DNA of 64,000 bases, taken from Treponema sp. GTDB taxonomy: Bacteria > Spirochaetota > Spirochaetia > Treponematales > Treponemataceae. Below are positions 20,984 through 28,891 of this stretch, piece by piece. The translations under genes were made by a program, and so were the position numbers. The stretch is from assembly GCA_024402505.1 (NCBI GenBank), contig JAKSTP010000002.1:63530-127529 (forward strand). The letters are read 5' to 3'. Below the pieces are notes generated by a model that was not told the origin of the DNA, made no database searches, and saw only the letters and a list, made by a program, of their open reading frames with translations. Numbering within the stretch: the stretch's first letter is position 1; every line of letters begins with the position of its first letter.

Positions 20984-21527
20984 GGCTACGGGGGTTGGGG
21001 CAGCGGGAGATGGGTGCCACAGGCCTCGGGTAGTGGCAACGGGGTTGGGGGCAGCTGGCCTCGGGGGACGGCAACGGGTCGTTGGGCAGTGGGCTTCGCG
21101 GGATGGTGGCGGGTCGTTTTACGCAGTGGGGTTCGTTGCGAGTGGCCTCAGGGGATGGCAACGGGGTTGGGGGCAGTTGAGTTCAGGTTGTGGCAACGGG
21201 GTTGGGTGCCGCGGGCCTCGCGGGAGTGGCAACGGGTCGTTGGGGCGGCGGGCTTCGGGTGGCGGCGACGGGGTTGGGTGCCGCGGGCCTCGGGGGGGCG
21301 GCAACTGGCGTTGGGCGACTGGCCTCGGGGGCGGCAGCGGGGTGTGTGCAGCTGGTCTCGCCGGGCGGCAACTGGCGTTGGAGGCAACGTACCTCGGGGG
21401 GGTGGCAGCTGGCGTTGGGTGCAGTGGGGCTCGGGTTGTGGCAACGGGGTTGGGTGCCGCGGGCCTCGGGGGGCGGCAGCGGAGTGTGTGCAGCTGGCCT
21501 CGCGGGGCGGCAACGGGCGTTGGGGGG
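20984..21527 (+). repeat. G-rich degenerate minisatellite, ~15 units of 33-37 bp
   Basis: Consensus GGCAACGGGGTTGGGTGCCGCGGGCCTCGGGGGG(T/C); unit starts at 20999, 21035, 21070, 21105, 21157, 21192, 21228, 21264, 21300, 21333, 21367, 21404, 21440, 21475, 21509. Confidence 0.9.
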
Positions 21528-21538
21528 CAAATTCGGAC

Positions 21539-22076
21539 TTTTACGGAAATCGCTGCATATTTCCCTAAATTCTCCGTAGGAATTTGGAAATTTTCGGGAA
21601 GTTTTTTGAAAAAAATGTAAAACTACGAAGAATTTTCCATTTCCTAAGGATTTCTCCGTAATTTTTGTAACAGAAACCGTCTGTTTCCCACTGAAATGGC
21701 AATTTTTTACGGAGAGTGTGCCAAAACTGAGAATCTCTCCGTAAATTTTCAGAAACAATATTCAAAATTTTTAGCTAAATCTAAAATTTTACGTAGAATT
21801 TTGCTGTTTTTTAGGATTCTCCGTAATTCCTGTTGCAAAAGCCAACTGTTTTTCGGTGAAATGGCAATATTTACGGAGAGTGTGCCAAATCTGAGATTCT
21901 CTACGTAAATATTCAAAAACATCCATCAAAATTGTTGGAAAAACAATAATATTACGGAGATTTTTACATTTTCCCCCAAACTCTACGTAGAAAATTGAGC
22001 TTTTACGGGAAATTTTTTGAAAACACTAGAGAAACTACGGAGAATTTCTCATTTTCTGAAGAACTCTCCGTAGTTT
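21539..22076. repeat. Periodic array of 7 palindromic elements (TACGGAGA-N~20-TCTCCGTA), 81-84 bp period
   Basis: TACG...CGTA spans of 36-37 bp at 21542-21578, 21624-21660, 21708-21743, 21790-21825, 21872-21907, 21953-21989, 22036-22072; extra half-site at 22004. Confidence 0.9.
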
Positions 22077-22127
22077 TCGCAGAATTAGACAAATATAGTA
22101 CAGTTTTAGAACGAAAAATGGTACAAA

Positions 22128-22979
22128 TCAGGAAATGGCGCACAGGTCCCGCACAACTTCGCCGGCAATGAGAAGACCTGCGACGCTCGGAACAAAACTG
22201 CAACTGGCAGGGGCCGGCCCGTTGCCCTTGAGAGGCACTTTCTCCGCAACAGCCCCCTCGGTAACACAGTTCGCACAGCCCGCTGTACCATTGGCAGCAC
22301 AGTTCGCACCGCCCTCGATAGCCCCGCTCAGCGCAACGGCAGTGCCCTCGGTAACGCAGTCCCCCACAACGGCCCCGCCATTGGTAGCACAGTTTACAGG
22401 GGGTTCGTCGCTCCAGAGGACTTTTACTTTGGTAATGTGGCGGGCTTTTAGTTCGCGGCGCATTACTCTGGCCAATGGGCACACGCTGGTCTTTGAAATG
22501 TCCGTTATTCTGAAACGATCAGCATAAAGCTTGTTGCCGGTGCCCATACTTGAAATAACTGGAACACCTGCTGCCTTTGCGGCCGAAATAATGGCAATTT
22601 TGGCAGTCACCGTATCAATGGCATCAATAACATAATCAAAGACAGAAAAATCAAAGGCAGAGGCATTTTCCGGCAGAAAAAAAGTCTGGTGTGGAACAAT
22701 GTTTATATCAGGATTTATATCTCGGGCACGGATAGCGGCCACTTCAACTTTTGGCATGCCAATGTTGCTCTGAAGGGCAATGAGCTGTCGGTTCAGATTG
22801 CTTTCCGCAACAGTATCGTTATCAACAATGTGGATGGTACCTACGCCGGCGCGCACTAAAGCCTCCAGTGTAAAAGAACCTACGCCGCCAACTCCGAACA
22901 AAAGGATTTTCGCGCCGGCCAAACGGTCAATTGCCGCTTTTCCCAAAAGTCGCTGGGTTCTCGAAAACATTTCCGACAT
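22128..22979 (-). CDS. tcdA: tRNA threonylcarbamoyladenosine dehydratase (ThiF/E1-like) with a Cys-rich insertion
   Basis: GVGGVGS, DNDTVAESNLNRQ, DAIDTVTAK, SSMGTGNK, CPLARVMRREL, SCSFVPSVAG. Confidence 0.9.
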   Translation of the reverse strand: MSEMFSRTQRLLGKAAIDRLAGAKILLFGVGGVGSFTLEALVRAGVGTIHIVDNDTVAESNLNRQLIALQSNIGMPKVEVAAIRARDINPDINIVPHQTFFLPENASAFDFSVFDYVIDAIDTVTAKIAIISAAKAAGVPVISSMGTGNKLYADRFRITDISKTSVCPLARVMRRELKARHITKVKVLWSDEPPVNCATNGGAVVGDCVTEGTAVALSGAIEGGANCAANGTAGCANCVTEGAVAEKVPLKGNGPAPASCSFVPSVAGLLIAGEVVRDLCAIS

Positions 22980-23032
22980 GGTGCCTCTCTACAAAGCCAC
23001 CGCTTCACACTGGCAGCCTTTCTCCATCATTT

Positions 23033-24124
23033 TTATCGCAAGCGGAATTTCATCACTACAGGATGATGATCGGAATATGCAAAGCCGCAGTCAACATTCT
23101 GTAGGAATTCTACATCAATATTTTCTGACACAAAGAAACCGTCAACAATAATAACAAAGCAGTCTGGTCCGTAAGGAATATCCACATCACGGGCCGTAGG
23201 TGTTACTTTTCCATCAGAATATTTTACGCACTTTTTAATGCCGTCAGGAATAAGTTCATCGGAGAATGGCTGAGTCCACCCCATGTTTTTGTCGTAACTG
23301 TTCAGCTGGAGCACGGAAGTTCCGGTAAAATCTGCATTGTAATCACCACCACAAATTACGTAATTGCCTTTTTCATATTCGGCCTTCATATCGGCAAAAA
23401 GCTTTTTCAACTGGTTGTTTTTGATATTAGCGTCTGCGGCATAAGCAGAAAGATGGACGTTGAAAATTACAAGGTCACGGCCGTTTTCCACTTTAAGTCG
23501 GCTCCAGGTATAACAGCGATCCAGATCAATCACCTTGGAAAAACCATCGGCAATTTCAAGGCGACGGCGCAGTGCTTCTTCAATGGCATATTTTGAATAA
23601 GTAACAATTCCGCTGTTGGAAGCTCCGTGAGGTCTTAAAATCGGATACATAAGGTAAGCTGAATGATAGTTTTCGGCATAGGCCTGATCCCACAAAGGAA
23701 GCTGATCAGCAACCTGTTTTACCTGATTAATGTGATAAGATCTTGTTGATGAAGTGTCCACTTCCTGGCAGATAATAAAATCCGGGTTCAAAGACAAAAG
23801 GGTTTTTACCCCAAGATCAATTGTGTCTTTTACGGCCTGTTCGCTTCGTCCGCGAGACTCTTTTCCGCCATCCATAAAAAATGTGTAATCCGGAATATAA
23901 GCGCCGAATCCCAGGTTCTGAGTTACGATGGTGTAGGTCCTGTCCAGAGGAAGCACTTTCTGATCGGAGTTCTTTACCACCTGAACCGGCTGATTGTCTT
24001 CAATCCGATTATAAGTAATAAAAACGTAAGCAAAATAGCAGCCAACTAAAACGATTATGCCACCTAAAGTAATGCCTACCCTCGCAAGCACTTTCTTCAC
24101 AACAGACCAGCTCTTCTTCATCAA
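23033..24124 (-). CDS. Endonuclease/exonuclease/phosphatase family protein, membrane-anchored
   Basis: TQNLGF, QEVD, NVHLSAY, GGDYN and SDH motifs; N-terminal TM helix. Confidence 0.88.
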   Translation of the reverse strand: MMKKSWSVVKKVLARVGITLGGIIVLVGCYFAYVFITYNRIEDNQPVQVVKNSDQKVLPLDRTYTIVTQNLGFGAYIPDYTFFMDGGKESRGRSEQAVKDTIDLGVKTLLSLNPDFIICQEVDTSSTRSYHINQVKQVADQLPLWDQAYAENYHSAYLMYPILRPHGASNSGIVTYSKYAIEEALRRRLEIADGFSKVIDLDRCYTWSRLKVENGRDLVIFNVHLSAYAADANIKNNQLKKLFADMKAEYEKGNYVICGGDYNADFTGTSVLQLNSYDKNMGWTQPFSDELIPDGIKKCVKYSDGKVTPTARDVDIPYGPDCFVIIVDGFFVSENIDVEFLQNVDCGFAYSDHHPVVMKFRLR

Positions 24125-24253
24125 TAACTCCTTTTATCAGTATAATTCCATTCCGCTTTTTATTCCATAAAGTATTTACTCCATAAAGTTTTGTTCTATA
24201 AAAAAGGGGATTCACTCTATTTCCCAAAAAATTGATTGTGCTATAATTACAGT

Positions 24254-25369
24254 ATGAAAAATACATTCCTTGAATACGGCTACTCTGCTGACGAAATTGA
24301 AAACAAAGTATATGACACCTTCTACGAAATTTTTGACGGTTTTGGTCGTTTCTTTTTTGACGGATTAAACGATACATCATATTTTATGGATACAGGAAAC
24401 TGTGATGCCCGCACTGAAGGCATGTCTTACGGCATGATGATGTGCGTTATGATGGATAGAAAAGATTATTTTGACCGCATGTGGAAATTCTCCCACGACT
24501 TTATGTACATGAATGAAGGCCCTTTAAAAGGTTACTTTGCCTGGAGTGTTGCTCCTGACGGAAAGAAAAATGCCTTTGGCCCGGCCCCGGATGGCGAAGA
24601 ATTTTACGCCATGGCACTGCTTTTTGCCCACCAAAAATGGGGAAGTGGCGAAGGTCTTTACAACTACAAAAAATGGGGACAGGATATTCTGCGCACAGTG
24701 ATTCATCACCGTGTTCCTATGTGGACTGCCGACAATCACCTGATTAAATTTGTGCCAGGTTCACCTTTCAGCGACCCAAGCTACCATCTGCCACATTTCT
24801 ACGATTATTTTGCAAAATGGTCTTTGGAAGGCGACCGTAGTTTCTGGAAAAAAGCCTCTGAAGCAAGCCGCAATTACCTGGTAATTTCTGCCGACAAAAA
24901 AACCGGCATGCATCCTGAATACGCCCAGTTCGATGGTACTCCTGACCACACAGTTCACTTTCCTGGCGGTGATCCTCAGTTTAACGATCACGGCTGCTAC
25001 TTCAGCGATGCCTACCGCACAATAGCAAACATGGGCCTTGATGTGCTCTGGAACGGTCCTCAGAAAGGCTACTCTGAAATTGCCGACAACCTTATAAACT
25101 TCTTCGCCGACATGGATCCTGCCGACTACATGAAATACGAAATTGATGGAACGCCAACCCAGTATAAAGCACTTCACCCTGTTGGAATGCTTGCAACACT
25201 TGCTCAGGGAACCATGGCTTGTTCTGAAAAGGCCCGTCCTGCCTGCGAAAAAATCATCAAGCGCTTCTGGGAAACTCCTCTGCGCCATGGTGAACGCCGC
25301 TACTATGACAACTGTCTTTATCTTTTCGCAGTTCTCGCCTTAAGCGGAAAATACGCCCCTGTGGAATAA
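24254..25369 (+). CDS. Glycoside hydrolase family 8, reducing-end xylose-releasing exo-oligoxylanase (Rex)-like
   Basis: DARTEGMSYGMM, GPAPDGEE, SDPSYHLPHFY, SDAYR, RRYYDNCLY; TG-C-TATAAT promoter element at 24239-24247. Confidence 0.9.
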   Translation: MKNTFLEYGYSADEIENKVYDTFYEIFDGFGRFFFDGLNDTSYFMDTGNCDARTEGMSYGMMMCVMMDRKDYFDRMWKFSHDFMYMNEGPLKGYFAWSVAPDGKKNAFGPAPDGEEFYAMALLFAHQKWGSGEGLYNYKKWGQDILRTVIHHRVPMWTADNHLIKFVPGSPFSDPSYHLPHFYDYFAKWSLEGDRSFWKKASEASRNYLVISADKKTGMHPEYAQFDGTPDHTVHFPGGDPQFNDHGCYFSDAYRTIANMGLDVLWNGPQKGYSEIADNLINFFADMDPADYMKYEIDGTPTQYKALHPVGMLATLAQGTMACSEKARPACEKIIKRFWETPLRHGERRYYDNCLYLFAVLALSGKYAPVE

Positions 25370-25423
25370 CAAATATAAAATTCCCCCTGATTTTTCCAAC
25401 TTTTGCCCCAGATTCTCTGTTTT

Positions 25424-25460
25424 TACGGAGCAAAAACACAAAGTTTGCCAAATCTCCGTA
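25424..25460. repeat. Solitary copy of the TACG-N29-CGTA palindromic element
   Basis: TACGGAGCAAAAACACAAAGTTTGCCAAATCTCCGTA, 37 bp, same geometry as the 21.5-22.1 kb array. Confidence 0.8.
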
Positions 25461-25539
25461 ATTTTTTGAAAATCACCGTTTATCCGCCAAAAACAGGCCA
25501 ATTCTCCGCGGCAGACCAAATCACTTCCATTACCTTGAA

Positions 25540-25568
25540 ATGACACAACCTTTGATTCTTGCTATAAT
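25540..25568 (+). promoter_or_regulatory. Sigma70 promoter (extended -10)
   Basis: ATGACA-N17-TATAAT with TG at the extended -10 position, immediately before the TTG/ATG start. Confidence 0.65.
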
Positions 25569-25570
25569 TA

Positions 25571-26341
25571 TTGAAAATGTTGCGTTGCAGAAAGTTTATC
25601 ATTTTAATCATTCTATTCCTGGCTTTTTCTCCTCTTCACGCCCAATTCAATCAGCTGGATTCAAATAAAGGTTTTAATCTTTATGCCACAGGAACTCTTT
25701 CTCCATTTATAAACGATATCCGCATCAATAAAAAAAATCTTGTGGGAACTACGGAACTTACCCTTACAAGCCCCTACTTTTCGGCCGTGTCGGGACTCTG
25801 TTTTCAGGACCGCCAGTTTGACCTTATGTGGGGAATTGAAGGCAAATATCACATCAATAACTTTACTTTCGGCGCCGTGGCAATAAGCAATATGGCCATT
25901 TACAAAAAACTTGGCCGGGAATTCGACATTGCCTTCCTGCCCTTTGCCGACCTTAAAACCCGGGAACGCAACTTCTGGCAGATCAACCTTAAATTCGGAG
26001 CGGGCCTGCTTTTCAGCCAGATTCAGTACAAGAAAAACGGCACAAAAGTGTGGAGCAAAATGGAAAAAAACAATTCCTATCTTTGCGACATTTTCATTGC
26101 CAAACAGTTTTTTAACCGCAACAAAGCCTGGTTTGAACTGCGCACCTATGATCTTTATGACTACAACTACGGACTTTCCGCATCATTCTCCTTTGGCTAC
26201 AGTTACCAGATTCTGCCGCCACTGCTGGCCTACTTTGAGCTGGACTTAAACGAGATTGCCTTCTTTACCACCTTGGGTACTCTGCGAAATATTTCTTTTA
26301 ATTTTGGTGCTACCTGGCGCCTTGGATCATGGAGGGGTTAA
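25571..26341 (+). CDS. Exported protein, probable outer-membrane beta-barrel
   Basis: Signal peptide (PLHA/Q); alternating aromatic beta-strands; C-terminal FNFGATWRL. Confidence 0.5.
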   Translation: MKMLRCRKFIILIILFLAFSPLHAQFNQLDSNKGFNLYATGTLSPFINDIRINKKNLVGTTELTLTSPYFSAVSGLCFQDRQFDLMWGIEGKYHINNFTFGAVAISNMAIYKKLGREFDIAFLPFADLKTRERNFWQINLKFGAGLLFSQIQYKKNGTKVWSKMEKNNSYLCDIFIAKQFFNRNKAWFELRTYDLYDYNYGLSASFSFGYSYQILPPLLAYFELDLNEIAFFTTLGTLRNISFNFGATWRLGSWRG

Positions 26342-26345
26342 GGCT

Positions 26346-27368
26346 ATGAAACCAGTTTCTGCGGCAAAAAAAATCATTTCCACAACCAGAGCCCTTCTTT
26401 TTGCAGCCTCAGCCACATTCCTTTTTTCTGTTTCCGCCTGTTCTTTTGGATTTCCAAACACCCTTTTAAACACCAACAGTGCCAATGCCCGATGGACAAA
26501 CCCTGAGGCTTCTTTCAAACAGCTGGGCACAATTTACGACGGTTCCGATCCTTACTATTTTCTGCTGTTTTCCGACATCCACTTTGGAAAGAAAAACGGG
26601 CCTGCCGAAAACACACTTCTGGATTTTATTGATTTTCACAATCAGAAAGTGGCAAATGGCGAAGTTCACGAAGATGCCAATGCAGCAACCCCTTACCGCT
26701 TCTGCCTTTTTTTGGGAGACGCCGCCGAACATGGTGATGAAGAAGAGTTTAAGGAATACGCTCAATTTGAAAAAAAAGTGATTGAAAAAATGAAGGAAGG
26801 TGATGCAGCCTGCTTTGGCCGAATCCTTACTGTCCTTGGAAATCACGACACTTATTCCAAGGGCTACGGTTACTGGCAGGAATACACTTTCCCAGGAACA
26901 CCGGGTTTTATTTTTACCACAGTTTCCGGGGGAAAAAGCCGCTCTTTCTACGGAACAGATTCTGCATCTTCCTGTTTCGGATCAAATCAGCTGAATTTCC
27001 TTGAAAAAAAGTTCACCAGCGATTCAAATCCGAAATTCTTCCTTTCCCACGAACCTTATTCCCAGCTTGAACCTCACGGCAAAAGCTTCATGGTTTCTTT
27101 TGATCAGGAAGAAAAGCTTATGATGATGCAGCTGCTTTTTGAAAACAATTTTGACGCCTTTTTAAGCGGCCACGTTCACACCGGCGGCATTACTGTTCGG
27201 GACGAAACCGTTGATTACACTGTAAAAAGCTTTACCAACAACGGCGGAGAACACAGTTTTTACACCGTAAAAATCGACGAACAAAATAAAAAAGCTACCA
27301 TATACAAGTTCACCGAAGAAACCTGGAAAACAGGCCCGCAGTCCTCATATACGATAGCTTTGAATTAA
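26346..27368 (+). CDS. Calcineurin-like metallophosphoesterase lipoprotein
   Basis: Lipobox VSA-C; SDIH, LGD, GNHD, SHE and GHVH motifs; ATG at 26346. Confidence 0.85.
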   Translation: MKPVSAAKKIISTTRALLFAASATFLFSVSACSFGFPNTLLNTNSANARWTNPEASFKQLGTIYDGSDPYYFLLFSDIHFGKKNGPAENTLLDFIDFHNQKVANGEVHEDANAATPYRFCLFLGDAAEHGDEEEFKEYAQFEKKVIEKMKEGDAACFGRILTVLGNHDTYSKGYGYWQEYTFPGTPGFIFTTVSGGKSRSFYGTDSASSCFGSNQLNFLEKKFTSDSNPKFFLSHEPYSQLEPHGKSFMVSFDQEEKLMMMQLLFENNFDAFLSGHVHTGGITVRDETVDYTVKSFTNNGGEHSFYTVKIDEQNKKATIYKFTEETWKTGPQSSYTIALN

Positions 27369-27370
27369 AG

Positions 27371-27465
27371 GAGACCCTGAATCAAGTTCAGGGTGACAAT
27401 ATTTGTCATTCAGGGTGACAAGGTCTTACGTGTTTTTTGTCATGCTGAACTTGATTCAGCATCTC
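27371..27465. repeat. Inverted REP-like doublet between convergent genes
   Basis: GAGACCCTGAATCAAGTTCAGGGTGAC (27371-27397) and inverted GTCATGCTGAACTTGATTCAGCATCTC (27439-27465); partial third copy TTCAGGGTGACA near 27409. Confidence 0.85.
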
Positions 27466-27477
27466 TTTGCAGGCGTC

Positions 27478-27957
27478 TTACTCTTTTACAGAAAATGCGT
27501 CCCAGCCTTTTCTTTCAATGCCGTCGCACCACTGTTTTGCGTAGTGTTTGGCTCCTTCAAGGTTGTGATCCCGGTAGTTTCCACATTCTTCGGCTGTAGT
27601 AGCAGGAATTGCCTTGTCCCAAACCGAAACTTTTCTAAGCACCTTAAGCAGATGTCCCGCAATTTCTTCTTCAGTTCGGTCACCCCAGACTGTAAAATAG
27701 AAACCTGTGCGGCATCCCATTGGTGAAAGGTCAATTACTCCTTCCATTTCGTCACGGATGTATTCTGCAATCAGATGTTCCAGTGTGTGAATGGCCCCTG
27801 TTGGCATAAAATCCTGGTTTGGCTGGCAGAAACGGATATCAAATTTTGTTACAATGTCACCTTTTTCGCCCACTTTTTTTGCGGCAAGTCGAACGAATGG
27901 TGCAATTACCTTTGTGTGATCCAGATTAAAACTATCTACGTTATATTTTTTTTCCAT
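27478..27957 (-). CDS. luxS: S-ribosylhomocysteine lyase (AI-2 synthase)
   Basis: VDSFNLDHTKV, HTLEH, SPMGCRTGFY, CGNYRDH. Confidence 0.97.
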   Translation of the reverse strand: MEKKYNVDSFNLDHTKVIAPFVRLAAKKVGEKGDIVTKFDIRFCQPNQDFMPTGAIHTLEHLIAEYIRDEMEGVIDLSPMGCRTGFYFTVWGDRTEEEIAGHLLKVLRKVSVWDKAIPATTAEECGNYRDHNLEGAKHYAKQWCDGIERKGWDAFSVKE

Positions 27958-27992
27958 AGGCAGGATTATAACATAAAAATCTGAAAAATGAA

Positions 27993-28886
27993 TTATTTTG
28001 ATGAAAGAATTTCAAGTTTACGTGCGGCAAGAAGTTTTCCGTCGTCGTCATCAAGGGAAAGGAGTTTTTTGTAGTAAGTAACCGCCTCATTTACTGAGCC
28101 CATTTCTTCGCAGCACACGGCAAGGTTTGTAAGCACGGAAGGGTTTTTTGGATCCAGGGAATGGCCGGTAGAAAAATATTTTAAGGCAGATTGATAATCA
28201 CCTTCGTAAACGGCAAGAAGGCCTGCATCATTCTGAAGGTCTGCATTTTTTGAAAAAGTTCGGATTGCAAGGAGGACCAGCTCTTTTGCAGTTTTGTCGG
28301 CATCTTTTTCTTCCTTTACCAGAAGTGATGAAATCACACCGTGGATTCCCTCTTCCACTGATTTTACGCCGGCAGGAGCGTCTTCAAGCAAAAGCCACTT
28401 TTTTGCATTTTTGCGGTTCAGGCGGATAATCCTTTGAACTTCCTCTGAGCATTCATCATAGCGGCCGCAAAACTGAAGATAATCGGCACGTTCAAGATAC
28501 AGATCCAATCGCCTTGAATTTTTAGAAATCCCTTCATCAAGGGCAGTAAGGGCTTTTTTTGTGTATTCAGGATCGTAGCGGGTTTCCATATAAAACCACA
28601 CTTTGTTGCCCTTTTCATCAGTTCCCCCAAAGTAAGTGCGGTCGTCAGAAGGATTTTCTACCATTATGATAACAGGTCTTTGAGATTCCTCCCTGTAATA
28701 AACATAACGGTAATAATTCGGATCAGCGGACTTTGAATTTTCCTTTTCCCAATCACCTAAAAATGATTCAATCTCTTCGTACTGCCGGGATTCCTTCAAT
28801 TCCAGAAATTTTTCCCGTTTTGTTTCGGCACACATCGCACCTAAAGAGAAAATCAAAAATGCGGCGAGAAAAGCAAATTTTTTCAT
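27993..28886 (-). CDS. Exported TPR protein
   Basis: Signal peptide; TPR-like helices (NDAGLLAVYEGDYQSALKYF...NLAVCCEEMG). Confidence 0.75.
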   Translation of the reverse strand: MKKFAFLAAFLIFSLGAMCAETKREKFLELKESRQYEEIESFLGDWEKENSKSADPNYYRYVYYREESQRPVIIMVENPSDDRTYFGGTDEKGNKVWFYMETRYDPEYTKKALTALDEGISKNSRRLDLYLERADYLQFCGRYDECSEEVQRIIRLNRKNAKKWLLLEDAPAGVKSVEEGIHGVISSLLVKEEKDADKTAKELVLLAIRTFSKNADLQNDAGLLAVYEGDYQSALKYFSTGHSLDPKNPSVLTNLAVCCEEMGSVNEAVTYYKKLLSLDDDDGKLLAARKLEILSSK

Positions 28887-28891
28887 TCTTC

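Noticed and set aside
20901-21908. Overlapping ORFs (237, 202, 191, 129, 121 aa etc.) in the GC-rich repeat
   Set aside because: Open in several frames on both strands because the G/C-rich repeat lacks stop codons; low-complexity products, no RBS or motif support.
21539-22076. CRISPR array interpretation of the 36-37 bp units with ~45 bp gaps
   Set aside because: Unit interiors differ strongly, the 'spacers' are related to each other (164-bp dimer), identical-geometry copies occur singly elsewhere, and no cas genes are in the window.
24164-24189. TCCATAAAGT direct repeat between the divergent EEP and GH8 genes
   Set aside because: Short AT-rich 10-mer pair; could be an operator but is indistinguishable from chance without comparative data.
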